A stretch of DNA of 63,958 nt, filler included, from Octopus bimaculoides (lineage: Eukaryota), in assembly GCF_001194135.2 (NCBI RefSeq). It is 5 parts of 4 records of this genome, joined end to end, with 100 filler letters (N's around TTAATTAATTAA, not from the genome) between each part and the next. Parts side by side here need not be neighbours in the genome. Positions count along the whole stretch, not along the records: positions 20,902 to 43,563 come from NC_068986.1; 4 more parts are not named here. One strand, 5' to 3'. The notes under the pieces are model-generated. The model made no database searches. It saw nothing but the letters and a program-made list of their open reading frames with translations, and was not told the origin of the DNA. Positions 24,348 through 38,861 of this stretch are shown here, piece by piece (position 1 is the first letter of the stretch; each line of letters starts with the position of its first letter). The position numbers and the translations under genes were made by a program.

Positions 24348-27300
24348 TATATATGTATGTATATACGCACACACATTCACGTACACACATATATATGTAT
24401 ACATGTTCCTTTTTGTATATAGTTGGATGTGCGTCTGTAGATCTTTGAATGTATATGATACTGTGCCGTTGTATATTTGTGTCTGTAGTTATATACCTAC
24501 ACCTAAATGTCTGTGTGTTTATACGTTCGCGTTCGCGCGTGTGTGCATGCGTGTGTGGGAAGGTGCGTGTATGTGTGCGTGTGTATGTGTTTGTGTTTCT
24601 GTTTGTATGATTGTCTTTGAGAGTGCACGGTGTGTATGTGTGGGTGTGTGTTTGTGTGTGTGTATGTGTACTGTGTGCTTTTCTTCCAGTACTATGTATG
24701 TATCTGTATGTCTCTCTATATGTGTATGCGAGAGCGCGTCTGTGCTTTTTGCCTTTTCTCCGCATCTAAAATTCGAAGATATGATATTAAGATATTTCGT
24801 AACAAATAAGACAAGTGGACAATTAAAGCAATTGCGTCCAATGGTGTTTATGATTAAGACTTGCCCGCAATGCCAACATTTTAATGAGTAAAACATAGCC
24901 AAAACACAAAAGAAGATAAAAAGAAGGCGAGAGAAACTATTCTAGCTGAATATAAAGACAGCTTGAATAAATAAGAAATTGCAAAGAGAAGAAACAGTTA
25001 GAAATTTAATAAATTTCAGTCTAATTGATAAATGCAAACCAAGTGTCTTAGTCATCGTTATTACATTCTATCAGCCACATACAAGTTTTATCACTTGAAT
25101 ATGTATACATACACACAGATGCAAACACACATACACGCACACGTATGTACGCACGCACGCAGACGCGATTACTCATATGTATGCAGTTAGTTCACACACA
25201 CACACACACACACACATACATACATACGCGTACACACGCACATATACGCGCATGCGCGCACACACACATACGCACACACAAATATATATTAAATATGACT
25301 GTGTTTCTTCGCTGGTTTCAATGGTATAAATTTTGTTTTCACGCTAACAGAGTTTCTACACTCAAAGCGATTGAGCTTTGAACAGTGACATGCACACTTA
25401 TTGCAACTCTGAAGCTGAGTCAGAGGATTCAAAGGCTCAGCTTTTCAGCCACGGGTACAGGAGGAAGGGAGAGAGAGAGTGAGTGAGGGAGAACTCAGAA
25501 CTCGACTCGAGTAATTAACATCCGCAAAGATGAAAATCATACTCGATTTCGGTGGAATTCAAACTAAGTGTATTGAGTACTGGAACAATTATTACACAGA
25601 ATATTAAATAATATAGCACAGGAAATTAAACGTTTCACATATAAATGAAAATACCAGTTTGTAATTTGATAATATATCTATATATAAAGAAAAAAAACAG
25701 AGTTTGTGTGTATGTGTATCTGTGTGTGTGCTGCGTATGTTCCTTATGGATTCGAAAACTGAGTTGCTGATTTTGACGTATGAAGTATCAAATGATTCAG
25801 TAATGTTTCGGCTACCAAATGAAGTATGCTTGTTGCACAACACTTTTTTTACTACAAAAATAACCTCGAAAACGTGGTCGGGCCGCACAGATTTGAGGTC
25901 ATTTTCGGGAAATATTTGTATTTGCTTCTAATCTTCGTTGCCAAATGTTAATATTTTCGATGTAAAATAAATGCGGCAATGTATAAGGAGTGTTATGAGT
26001 GCACTGTGATGTACGAAACACTATTTGACAACGGAAGATGACCCCCAAAAAATGCTTTTTTTGAATAATCATTGGCACATTTTCCGTCAATAATGTTCTT
26101 TGTGCCACAACCAAACTGCCAATGTGAACGTCTTCAGTATTCCATGATTAAACAATGTCGTTAAAGTATTGTGATATCATTTCTTTGCGCAAAGCCCTAG
26201 TTTGCATCTGAAAATTTATTAATGAACCGCGTTTCTGGCATAATTGTGATCACTTCTGACATTACTACCAAAAACAATTTGCCCATGTAGATTTTCTTGG
26301 TAGGAATGCCAAACGAACGTTCTCAGGTTTAAATTTAATAAAATTTCCCAAAGTATTAAGCACAGTAAGAGCCTATATTCCTTCAAGTGTGGTAAAGACG
26401 TGAAGCAATGACTAAAACGTTTCGAACTTTTTTACCTTTAACATTTTTTTCTTTATTCAACCCAGAGTTGCTTATTGTTATTAGTATATATTCATGCCTA
26501 TTATTCGTTCTATAAGTTCGTAAGGATTTTGCTACAATTTCCCTACTTTTCACAGTGGTTGAGTGTGTACTATAACGTGGGTGATGCAATGGAAAACAAA
26601 TATCTGGCCTGATAACCCCAATGAAGTCAACAACAACACCGTGCATTTATGCGAGGGAAAATTAAGGTTACATATACACATGAGTTCGCCTACAGTGCGT
26701 GTCCCTTCATTGGTCAGGAGGCACACCGTGTTCACTGATTGGTACAATTTCAAATCAAGTTTTCCTTAACAGGAGCATATGAGTATAATTTCGTATATTC
26801 TTATTTACTCAGTTCACCCCCGAACTTCACTCTCTCCTGCTAGTTAAATGACTACCATTCCCATTCGATTGGGTGCTCTGCTTCCCATAGGTGCGAGCGG
26901 TAACCCAGTCTCTTTACGGATCTGAGAAGTCAACCCGTTAAATGCTTTACCATGTAGACTGGAGTTTAGGGAGTTTTGGTAGAAAGCCGATGGAATGCCC
27001 AGCAATACATAGTTTTGAGGGTACCTTATGATATATTTTATTCATTTTAATCCCATTTCATTACCTTGATAATGGTGCAGATCAGTTTGGGTTTCATTGC
27101 TCTGAGAACCACTCAGGATTTCTGAGTTAAATTGTGTATAGATTGAACTAAAATTTTTGTAGTGTTGTATCAAAACACTACACTGTACATTCCATTGGGG
27201 GTAAATGTATGTAATGTTTAAAACGAACTTATATTATTAAAACATAATTTCTCTTGCAGTAAAACAAACATCATCTTTAAGTTATAAACATTAATATTTT

Positions 27301-27459
27301 CGGCATACAACAGGTAATAACCGGCTACCGTTTCGAAGCCTTTTGGACTAGTATACAAGCAAATTTCGCCGATCGTAGAATAGACGTAGTAATAGTTAAG
27401 CCTTACACTATTTGCGAAGGTGTAAATCTGTTAGAGACGTTGTCGAAAAGATTTGGGTT

Positions 27460-28105
27460 TATTAATTCTCTTGTTATTCTGAAAGACTCTCGGATAGTTC
27501 TTAATTCTTTACTTGAAAGCAGGAAATAGCAAATCACCAAAGTACTGCCTTCTCCTGTGACTCAAAGAGACAATACTCTCTTTAGAATGCGAGCTGTACT
27601 CAATAATGCAGTCTTCTGGATCTCCTCGAGCCTGACAACAGCTTCAATATTCTTAATATGCTTGTCAAAGCCCTTGGAAACTGCTCCTAATGCTCCAATT
27701 AGCACCAGTATTACCATTACTTACTTCATGCCCCATAACTCTCTTATCTCGCCCCGCAGTGGCTGGTATTTCTCAATATTTTCTGTTTCCTTACATTTCA
27801 CCCTCGAATCGCTTGGTATTGCAACATCTATTATATTTACTTCTTTTTCATCTTTATGGACGAGCACGACATCTGGTCGTCTCACTTCTATGACGTGATT
27901 GCACTGCATGTTACAATCCCAGAGTATTTCGTAATGTTCGTTTTCCATACTCCTTCTGGCTTGTATTCATATCATTGTTTGGCTCTCTCGAGCTTTGCTT
28001 TACCGCACAACAGCCAGTAGACATTTCTGGCCACATTGTGGTGTCTCTTTTTGTATTCTCGTTGTGCGAGTTTAAGGCACTCACTAACAATATGGCTTAT
28101 ACAAT
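27460..28105 (-). mobile_element. R4/Dong-type 3' fragment
   Basis: SHIVSECLKLAQREYKKRHHNVA; EILWDCNMQCNHVIEVRRPDVVLV...IIDVAIP; PLVLIGALGAVSKG; QKTALLSTARILKRVLSL*. Confidence 0.88.
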
Positions 28106-28172
28106 GTACATGATAACACTCCCAATCAATTATGATCAGAAGCCATGAGAGCCACTGCCTGGTACTGCATCC

Positions 28173-28174
<2 letters not shown>

Positions 28175-28234
<60 letters not shown>

Positions 28235-28260
28235 GTTGTTGTTGTTGTTGTTGTTGTTGC

Positions 28261-28300
<40 letters not shown>

Positions 28301-28365
28301 GNNNNNNNNNNTATTATTATTATTATTATTATTATTATTGTTGTTGTTGTTGTTGTTGTTGTTGC

Positions 28366-28411
<46 letters not shown>

Positions 28412-28445
28412 ATCATTATTATCATTATTATCATTATTATTATCT
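28175..28445. repeat. Compound (TTA)n-(TTG)n microsatellite, repeated either side of a 10-N gap
   Basis: Direct reading. Confidence 0.95.
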
Positions 28446-30332
28446 CTTTATCACAGATTTTGTTGGAGCTCCTTGAGTTTTGCATGCGTAGCGGGTTTAC
28501 TACCTGCATCTTACGGTACCATGCTATTCGTTCTTTTCTGCTGTCTAATACTTTCCTGATTATTCCGGCCAAGCCCACGAGACAAACCTTTTGTAACAGT
28601 TCTACTGAATACACTATTCCAATTTCCTTTATATTCCTCTTGATGCCTTCTGATACTGTTCCCAAGGATCCAACTATAATTGGCACTATCTTCATCTTCT
28701 TCATTTTCCATAACCGAGCTATTTCGTACTTAATAGGGCTGTATTAATCTATCTTTTCGGCTTCCTTCTTGACTATTCATAGGTCAACTATATAGCGTAT
28801 GTGGTGCACTTTGTCCACCACCACTAGGTCCGGTCTCTTATACTCTAGCGCCTGATCTGTTTGGATTGGGAAATCCTAGAGGATTTTGTTAGTCTCCGTC
28901 TCTCTGTGGTTTGTACTCATACCACGTCTTGCCTCTCTCTAAACCCCACTTTTCGCACAGTTTCCAATGTAGCACTTTCGCTACTTGGTCGTGTCGCCAC
29001 AATTTGTAGTGCTTTTGATCAAGTCTAGTACTTTCGTTCGTGATATGGACAATGGTTTTATCCACTCTGTTGCAAATGCAGCGCAGCGAGACATTTGATC
29101 ATACCTAAGGTTGACTCTTCAGTTTGTGGCCAGACCTTGGTCCTGCTCTACCAGTATAGTGCTCTCTGTCTCTTTTTTTAGGGTTCCTTTCATCAGCTAA
29201 TCCCATCTATTTTTTCCAGTAGCTTCTGTTCTGGCTACATGGAATTGATTGTGTAGTCCCCTCTTGCATAATTATTCTTCATGTCCTTTTTTGTACTTCT
29301 TCCTTTGGTTTCCCTTTTTTCACTGCTCTCAATACTCCCTCGTTCCTAACTGTCACTACCAAGGTTTCCTGACTTTGGGCTAGGTATCTCATTAAGCTCT
29401 CGAGTTCGATACGCACGCAGTATTCTACACTTATCAGTCCCCTTTGTTCATTTGCTGTCTTCATATATAAGCGATACTGTCTGCATGTGGATGATGGGTT
29501 CCATGCATCGTTAGGAACTTTCTTGACTTCCTGTCCATCTCCTTTCGCTCCTCCTCGATACACTTCAAGATTCCACCGCCATACCGAACTACTGCGACTG
29601 TGCGTGAGTTTATTGCCGAAATTGTGTTTCTGGCATTCAGATTTGAACCCAATATTTTTCTCACTTGCCGCAGGCACTCTCTTTTTGTTTTTTCCTTCAT
29701 GTCATGGTGTTTGATTCCACCTGCCTCAAGTATTCCAAAGTATAGCTGAAGTGAGGTTGAATTTCTGTCCTGGCAAGCTTTCCTCGTCTCATCGCCATCG
29801 TAGCACATTTTGAGAGTCCAAACTCCATTTTAATATCATTGGAGTAAATCCACACAGACGGGACTAAGGTGTCCAGTTCTGTCTCAGTTTTTGTGAATAG
29901 CTTCATGTCACCCATGAATAGCAAGCTGTTTAGTTTTTCCTTACCTCTTTTCAGATCATACACCTACTATGTTTCTGTAGTATTTCACTTAAAGGGATCA
30001 TTCCCTGCACGAATATTAGTGGGGATTCGCTGTCCCCTGGAAGATTCATCTCATGATTTTCACCTCTCCTAGTACTTGCTTCCCTGCTGTCAATTCCGTT
30101 CTCCAGTATTTCATGCTATTCCATATGAGACTTCTCATATTCTCCGCTACTCCGTGCATTTCCCTTGTTCTTACTATCCAGGATACCACACGAAATATTG
30201 TTCATTCATCGAAACATTGTTCATCCGTTTCATTTTCATTTTAATAAACAGTGTTAATCTCTGTTTATTACCAATAACAGTCGCGTGCTTCTTCCTGTTT
30301 CTTTACCTTTGTGAAGAGTAACTTCAATCTTG
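28445..30332 (-). mobile_element. 5'-truncated R4/Dong-type element (RT C-terminus to endonuclease), TAA tracts on both sides
   Basis: LNSLLFMGDMKLF (mutated FMDD), KMEFGLSKC, KILGSNLNARNTISAIN, DRKSRKFLTMHG, RGLISVEYCV, VPIIVGSLGTVS, LQKVCL. (TAA)n on the element strand at both 30333-30392 and below 28445. Confidence 0.9.
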
Positions 30333-30333
30333 A

Positions 30334-30392
<59 letters not shown>

Positions 30393-30393
<1 letters not shown>

Positions 30394-30612
30394 AGGCCGC
30401 GAGCTGACAGAATCGTTACCTCGTCGGACAAAATGCTTAGCAACATTTCGTCCGTCTTTACTTTCTGAGTTCAAATTCTGCAGATGTCGACTTTGCCTTT
30501 CATTCTTCGGAGTCGATAAAACAAGTAAAAGCTGAGCACTGGGATCGATGTAATCGACTTAACTCCTCCCCCGAAAATTGTTGGCCGAGTGCCAAAAATT
30601 TGAAACCAGTAT
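30393..30612 (+). mobile_element. SINE family B, full-length, preceded by (TTA)n
   Basis: aaggccgcgagctgacagaatcgtt...gagttcaaattc...aatttgaaaccagtatt. Confidence 0.88.
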
Positions 30613-31388
30613 TAAACGCAAACTAACGAATTCATTAATTTCAGATATTTTTACACGAATGTATACATACTTTCCGACAAAGAGATCATGCACTGATCTT
30701 ACATCACAGAAAATTCATGAGGCCTAAATATTAGTTGAACTACATGCTGTTATTAATGTCGTAGTTTTCGCTAGTGTTAGTTCCGATCGATCAAACCATC
30801 CCACATTATATATCTAGAATTACATTCTGAAATGTTTCTTTCTATTTTGAAGGCGGTATAGACGTGATTTGAGAGATATTAAGGTGCTACTTCTTGCATT
30901 CTGCTATGGCTGGTCGATAGAAAGAATTCACTACCACCTAAAATACGTGTTATCCTCTAAGTGGTGACTCACACTGCGAGATATAAGTGCAAATCTCCCT
31001 TAAATCTCACTGTGACGTCTAACTTACGGGATACATTGGATAATGTGGTTCTAGATATACTGTACCTAAACATAAAGAAATGGTTACGAGTAGAATGTCT
31101 TTTCATCATATTTCTGTTCGATCTGATCTAATCGTCAACAAAACACTGACAATACGAAAATAGCACTTAGCTGTATTTCAGGTCAAGGTAAGCAAAGAAG
31201 GAGTAGGGCAATAAAGAAGGAAATGCTAGCTATGATCATTCCAAAGTTGTTTTTTTTTTTTTTATTCTTCTAGCAAACATTGCGTATTTAGGACTACATT
31301 AGTCAGTGCATCATTGCCTTTTTAAAGACAGACGTACCTAATGTGAGGTAAATTTGGAGGTCATTTCTAAGAGGCAAAATGACCATGT

Positions 31389-31789
31389 AGGCGCAGGAGT
31401 GGCTTTGTAGTAAGTAGCTTGCTTACCAACTACATGCTTACCAACCACACTGCGTGGCATCTTGGGCAAGTGTCTTCTACTATAGCCTCGGGCCGACCAA
31501 AGCCTTGTGAGTGGATTTGGTAGATGGAAACTGAAAGAAGCCCGTCGTATATATGTATATGCATATGTGTGTATATGTTTGTGTGTCTGTGTTTGTCCCA
31601 ACTACCATTGCTTGACAACCGATGCTGGTGTGTTTATGTCCCCGTCACTTAGCGGTTCGGCAAAAGAACCGATAGAATAAGTACTAGCCTTACAAAGAAT
31701 AAGTCCTGGGGTCGATTTGCTCGACTAAAGGTGGTGCTCCAGCATGGCCGCAGTCAAATGACTGAAACAAGTAAAAGAGTAAAAGAGTA
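31389..31789 (+). mobile_element. SINE family A, full-length
   Basis: aggcgcaggagtggc...gtaagtagcttgc...internal (TA/TG)n...gtaaaagagtaaaagagta. Confidence 0.93.
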
Positions 31790-32449
31790 TGTAGAGGCTG
31801 TGATTTTTGTTGTTGTAAAGTAGTTCCAGATCAGCTTTAATCTAACAAATCCATGATCGAGGACATACAGCCGTGACCATCCCGCCTTTTTCGATGTGTA
31901 GAGAACTCTGGGCCACATTATTTAACGAGTCATATGTTAAGCTGTATAATGGAATTTGAGAAAATTTGGCTATCACATCTACCAGGTCGACAGCTGTGTA
32001 CAGGCTTGCTCAAGATGTGAATGAAGAAAGTCAGAGGTTTCTAAACTAGTAATAAATCAACTTTGTGAATATTCAGTTAATTCCTTGTATCTTGTTAAGA
32101 AACTTTCAACAATTCTCTTCACTCATGTCCCTCTGTCTCTTTCTATCTCTACGTCTTACTTTTCCTTCTTTTCCCATTCTCCGTCTATATTTGTTTATGC
32201 GTATATATATATGTCTATATGTATTTGTATCTTGGTCGGAATGGGACTTTGTTCGTATTTGTGAGTGTGTTGAGAGGTGAGGGTGCGTGTGAGTAAGCAA
32301 CATATATTCTGATATAGACAGACAGGAAAATAGTCTCTCTCTTCTTCAATTAATACACACACACAAACACATACACACACACTCAAACACACACACATAC
32401 ACTCACTCACACACACATACACACACACACACACATATACAGATGTATA

Positions 32450-33651
32450 CACAGAGATGACAGAAGTAAATAGACACACTTTTAAGCGTTAAAATTTATT
32501 TAAATCTGAATTATACTTTCCAATAATTTATTAGTTATCGTATTTAGTAGACATTCCCTTTGCAATTTTAAATGCGAGGACCCTATTAGGCATGCTGCTG
32601 ATCAGATAACGAATATTCTCTTGAAGAATTTCTAGCTAAGTTTCATGCATTAATCTGAAAAGATCTGGCTTTGAAGATGTTTTCTTGTTCGTTTTACGAG
32701 GTGTCCTGCCCATTATGCCCCAGAGGTGTTCAATAGGGTCCATATCTGGTGACTTGCTTGGTCATGGACGCTTTTAAATGCCATTCTCTTCCAACCAATC
32801 TTAGGTCTTTTTTGCCGTGTGACATAAATAAAGTGTTCTTTAATCATTTCACCACTGGAGAAGATTGAAGGTGTCCTTTCTGCGAAATGGACACGTATTT
32901 GTCTAAGATCATGTTTTCCTCACGCTCTACCAGCTCTGCTCGATTATTGTTCCAAATTGTTCCCCAGATCATTACAAAATAACCGCTTTGTTTCATTATT
33001 GGCTGCAATCTTTTCACGTCAAATTTTTGATCACACAGCCACCAGATCCACGCTCGACCACTGTCAGAAAATATTCTCTGGGCTTATCAGAGAACATGAC
33101 AGTTTCCAAAATACTATGGCGCCTTAACCATGTCACTAGTCCAAGGTTTTCTCCTCTTGATATTCGCTAGTAGAAATTGCTTTCTTTTACTGCTCTGTCA
33201 TAGTAGCCATGCTTGTGGAGACACCTGACAGTTGTTCTGGGACTGAAATAAATTTGTTCTGCTATGTCAGAGGTAACTAGGAATATCCTCCACACTTATC
33301 TTAACAAAGCAAATGGTCTTGTCAGAGGGTCCTAGTTGACCTGGATGAGGTAATGGGAATTCCTTCCCCTCTCTTGTGAATTGCACAATCACTCTTTTAA
33401 CTGTAGAAAACGGGATCCCAGGGCCTGCGCTTTTACGGTGACTTAGTCCAGTTTCAGATTGACCCACAATACGACCTCTTCGAAATTCGGACAGTTCGAA
33501 GGCTTCTTTTGTGCGCGGTAGGATTAAATAGTCACATATAGAACCTGAAACATAAAAATGTCAATTAATAAAAAAAATATTAACTTTTTCAAGTTAGAAT
33601 AAACATAAAACGTTGTTTTTAGCGTGTCTATTTAATTTTGTCATGTCTTTG
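32450..33651 (-). mobile_element. Tc1-family DNA transposon, 1202 bp, TIRs and TA TSD, decayed transposase
   Basis: TIRs CACAGAGATGACAGAAGTAAATAGACAC / CAAAGACATGACAAAATTAAATAGACAC (26/31 identical by my alignment), TA on both sides. Remnants IPFSTVKRVIVQF and PSKSPDMDPIEHLWG. Confidence 0.9.
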
Positions 33652-33829
33652 TATATATGAGTGTGAGTGCGCGTGTGTCGTGTGTGTGTGTGTGAATGTC
33701 TGAATACCTATATCTGCGCATTCGTATTTGAGTGTCTGTATCTTGGTGTGAATGTGCATTTGTACCTATTCGTGAGTGTATTAGGTGGTGAGAGTATGTG
33801 TGGGCAAGTCACGCTCTCCTTCATTTAAT

Positions 33830-33872
<43 letters not shown>

Positions 33873-35379
33873 NNNNNNNNNNNNNNNNNNNNNNNNNNNN
33901 NNNNNNNNNNNNNNNNNNNNNNNNNNNNNNNNNNNNNNNNNNNNNNNNNNNNNNNNNNNNNNNNNNNNNNNNNNNNNNNNNNNNNNNNNNNNNNNNNNNN
34001 NNNNNNNNNNNNNNNNNNNNNNNNNNNNNNNNNNNNNNNNNNNATGAGTGCATATGTAAATATCTGTATATTTGAATAAATATGTCTGTATGCGCGTATG
34101 TGAGTATATGCCTGCACCTACATTTGTTTGTTACAGTGTTTCAGTCATAACATGGCCTAGGGTAAGCGTAAAGACCCCCCACCCCCTCTTGGTCATGAAT
34201 AGGCCATTGGATTGCACCTATGGCTAATAAATTTGCTATGAAGTCCCGAGGACCTGAGTCTCGGCACAGAAACTTTTACAATTCTCGAATGGAGTTAATG
34301 CTTGTGGATGAATTGTGAATTTGAAACTCTGTGTGTGTGTGCGTGTGTGTGTGTGTGCGTGTGTGTGTGTGTGTGTGTTTATGCATGTATGCATGTGTGT
34401 GTGAATATAAAATGAGGACATTATGAGGTTAGGGACTAGCTCTGCAGTGCATTATTTTAGGGTAGAAGAAGGGGCATTGCCAGAACCGATAATTTAATCG
34501 GTTTACAAGAGGTACTTTCACACGTAATGTCTACCGATAGTATGGAAAGGGATAGTTTTAAAAATCTTCATTTAATGTGCCGTATGAAATTCGCTAAAAC
34601 GCGAGCGGTGAACGGGCGGAATTTTTCGAGAAAGTACTTTTAGCATAATTATCAAGATTGGAAAATAGAGAAGGGAGTCCTGCCAAAGATTGGCAGACAC
34701 CTTTTTTTCAATAAGGGAAAAGATAGTTTGTAACAGGGGCCGGGGGTAAGAGCTGCGGATTGAGAATGCATTGGGATGTCCTTTGAGGTTTCGATGATGG
34801 CTTTGCAGGAGCTACAGTGCTCGGTAAGACTGTTTCAGTTCTCTGCAGACAGTAGCAGCCATGTTATTTGCCTAAGCTAAAGGGAACAACTTCGAGTTAA
34901 TCTTTAGTGAATATTGCCTACATCTATATACGGAGATTTGCGTGGAAGTGCGTGTTGCATATATATATCATACCATCAAAGATAGATACGGTATAAGATC
35001 TATGCAGCTGGTAAAAATCATTGATGCCATTTTTATTTGAAAAAATGTTTACTCTATTCTGAAATTTGACAGATGTGCCTCCTTAGATTGTCTTCCGATT
35101 GAGAAATTGATGTGAGACCTACTGTCAGCTTTTTGTCTCTCATAATTGACTATCACTCTTTTAACATCTTTAAAATCTCGCTTTTGATCTGACCGTTAGT
35201 TAATATTGCTTGTTTTTTCTTTTTATCTCATGCCTTCAAATAAACATCATGCGCCCAAAACGATACGCACACACACACACACACACGCACGCACACACAA
35301 ACATACAAAACACTCATGCACAGAACACTCATATTCTTTGTACATACAAGTATTGCATTTATGATTATATCTAATATAT

Positions 35380-35765
<386 letters not shown>

Positions 35766-36203
35766 AAGGGTGAAAAAGGTGGTGGAGGAGAAAGAGAAGG
35801 AGAAGAAGGAAGTGAAGAAGTGTACTTATACAAACACTCGCGTTAGACACAGGCATATACACGCACACATATACAGAGATACACACGTTCACACATGCAG
35901 CATATATAAATGTGTGCGTGTGTGTATGTGTGTGCCTGTTTGTATGTGTATAACAATACATATTAATATAAGTATGGCAATTTATACAAACAGTAATTTG
36001 TAAAGCTACATATAATAAATGTATGATATTTCTTGCGCATAAGGGATTATACGCGAGTGCATGTGACTGTATATGACTAAATGAGTCATTGGAAGTTTAA
36101 TATAGATGGGTATTGCTATTTCTCTGAACAGATACATACTTATATACACAGACAGGCTCACAAAAATATATATTTCATACATGTGTGTATGTACTTATAC
36201 ACG

Positions 36204-36243
<40 letters not shown>

Positions 36244-36382
36244 TATACATATATATAGAGAGAGAGAGAGAGCGAGTAAGTGAGAGAGAGAGAGAGAGAG
36301 AGTGAGATAATCACACACACACACACACACACACACATATCGTATGTAAATAGTTTTCTTCTCTCCGAACATACAGAGAAAT

Positions 36383-36414
<32 letters not shown>

Positions 36415-37516
36415 NNNNNNNNNNNNNNNNNNNNNNNNNNNNNNNNNNNNNNNNNNNNNNNNNNNNNNNNNNNNNNNNNNNNNNNNNNNNNNNNNNNNNN
36501 NNNNNNNNNNNNNNNNNNNNNNNNNNNNNNNNNNNNNNNNNNNNNNNNNNNNNNNNNNNNNNNNNNNNNNNNNNNNNNNNNNNNNNNNNNNNNNNNNNNN
36601 NNNNNNNNNNNNNNNNNNNNNNNNNNNNNNNNNNNNNNNNNNNNNNNNNNNNNNNNNNNNNNNNNNNNNNNNNNNNNNNNNNNNNNNNNNNNNNNNNNNN
36701 NNNNNNNNNNNNNNNGAAAGATATGCCTGTATAATTACACACACACGTACACACCTGATAAAGGCACACGCAGGCTATACATTCTTCCAGACAAAGACGC
36801 ACACATTCATACGTTCACATACAAATACAAAAATGTACATACCTTCACCATACTCAGACACATACACACATGCACACACCGATACATGCATCCTAAACAC
36901 ATTCGCATGCGCACGCGTATATACCAGGTATTAACACAAACGTACACGTACGCACACACATATACACACACGCATACACTCACATCTAATTACACGCATG
37001 CAGCTGATATACACAGCTGATACATGCATTTACATATATCCGCACACGAGTACTCTCACACAGCCCTCACTCAAATACCAGTTTAAACAAACCCTCCCTG
37101 TGCACACATACACAGACATCAGACTCCCACACCCGCGCGCACGCTCAACCTGTACACACACACATGTACTTCGCCGGCCCTATCTCTTTCGACTTCCAAG
37201 TCCCTTTCAAATGCTGGACAAACGTCAAGGTGTCACCAGTTTTCTGTCTAGCCACTTAGTCTAAGAAATTCCCCTTTTCAATGCATCTGATGTCACAGGA
37301 ATACTGATCTCGCTTCTAACAACACCAAGTGACGCGTCTCGGCCAATAACAGCTCAGTTTCCAGTAACAATCTTGGACTTCCCGTATCTTTTCATTTGGT
37401 AAACCGAACCTGAACGACTTAGGCGCATAGGTCCGAATCAAACTGTTTCAAAAAGTAATATAAGTAACTCCTGCTAAATGTGTTGAGTGCCTTTTCTTTC
37501 GTCTGTTCTCTTACTG

Positions 37517-37568
<52 letters not shown>

Positions 37569-38477
37569 ACTAACACAAATGCGTGTGGTTGTCTGCATTT
37601 GTTTGTATTGTATGTATACGTGTGCGTTTTTATAAGTATTAATTACAGAAAAGTATAATTACACGCGCACTCAAGCATGTTTATACAATCATATGCATAC
37701 TCACTCACAGACACATAAACACATACACATCGTGCACGCACACACACACACATATAATCAACAGCATAAACAATTACACACTCGTACAACTGTTTGTGTT
37801 TCTCTGTTTTAATGGATTTGAATGAATGAGTCTGTAGGTGTTATGCGATTTTCCATGTCTTTCCATCCGACAGCGAACGCATGTTTGTATGATCAGATGT
37901 TCGTTTTGTAAGCATTGACAAGTGTGCCTTCTGTTTGTGAGTGTAATATGTTTCTCGGACAATGGGTAGATAACTCTCGGTGAAGTATTGTTTTTGGTCG
38001 ACAGCAATGCTGACGCACCACTATAGAGAGAGATAAAGATAAGTTCTGTTGATGATGATTTGTTTATATTTGGTACATATTCTATCGTTGTCTTTTTGCA
38101 GCACTATTCTCCAAAAACGTAAACGAACCAACATCGGTTGTTAAGTGCTGAAGGACAAAGACAAAGATCACGTGATCACGCTTGTACAAACACATGCAGG
38201 CAATCTCACATGCACACGCACGCACACACACACACACACACACGCATTCTTGTACACATTTGCTTGCTTTCTCCACCAAAATTGAATGCTCTTAGCTTAG
38301 ATTTTTGGGGATAGCCACATTTAATGAGTCTGAAGTGTAACTGTCCGAAACTGTAAGGATAATTTTGTAACTTCACTGATGAGAGGAGATAGCGAATGAT
38401 CTGTCCTTGTTTTTTCCTGTCCATCTTTTTATTGTCGTTTGTTGAACTCTAGTTTCATTTTTTAAATTTATATATAT

Positions 38478-38523
<46 letters not shown>

Positions 38524-38525
38524 AT

Positions 38526-38558
<33 letters not shown>

Positions 38559-38559
38559 A

Positions 38560-38595
38560 AAGCGTAGGAGTGGCTGTGTGGTAAGTAGCTTGCTT
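38560..38595 (+). mobile_element. SINE family A head (5' piece, ends at a gap)
   Basis: agcgtaggagtggctgtgtggtaagtagcttgctt followed by 266 N. Confidence 0.8.
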
Positions 38596-38861
38596 NNNNN
38601 NNNNNNNNNNNNNNNNNNNNNNNNNNNNNNNNNNNNNNNNNNNNNNNNNNNNNNNNNNNNNNNNNNNNNNNNNNNNNNNNNNNNNNNNNNNNNNNNNNNN
38701 NNNNNNNNNNNNNNNNNNNNNNNNNNNNNNNNNNNNNNNNNNNNNNNNNNNNNNNNNNNNNNNNNNNNNNNNNNNNNNNNNNNNNNNNNNNNNNNNNNNN
38801 NNNNNNNNNNNNNNNNNNNNNNNNNNNNNNNNNNNNNNNNNNNNNNNNNNNNNNNNNNNNN

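Noticed and set aside
25740-26330. Coding-like broken frames on the minus strand
   Set aside because: Multiple stops and no recognisable motif or TIRs; cannot be assigned.
28175-28445. Duplicated (TTA)n(TTG)n block as a biological tandem duplication
   Set aside because: The two copies flank a 10-N gap and are more likely overlapping contig ends.
34420-34860. Possible PLE GIY-YIG remnant (CSSCKAIIETSK) on the minus strand
   Set aside because: Too short and degenerate; the key YIG residues are missing.
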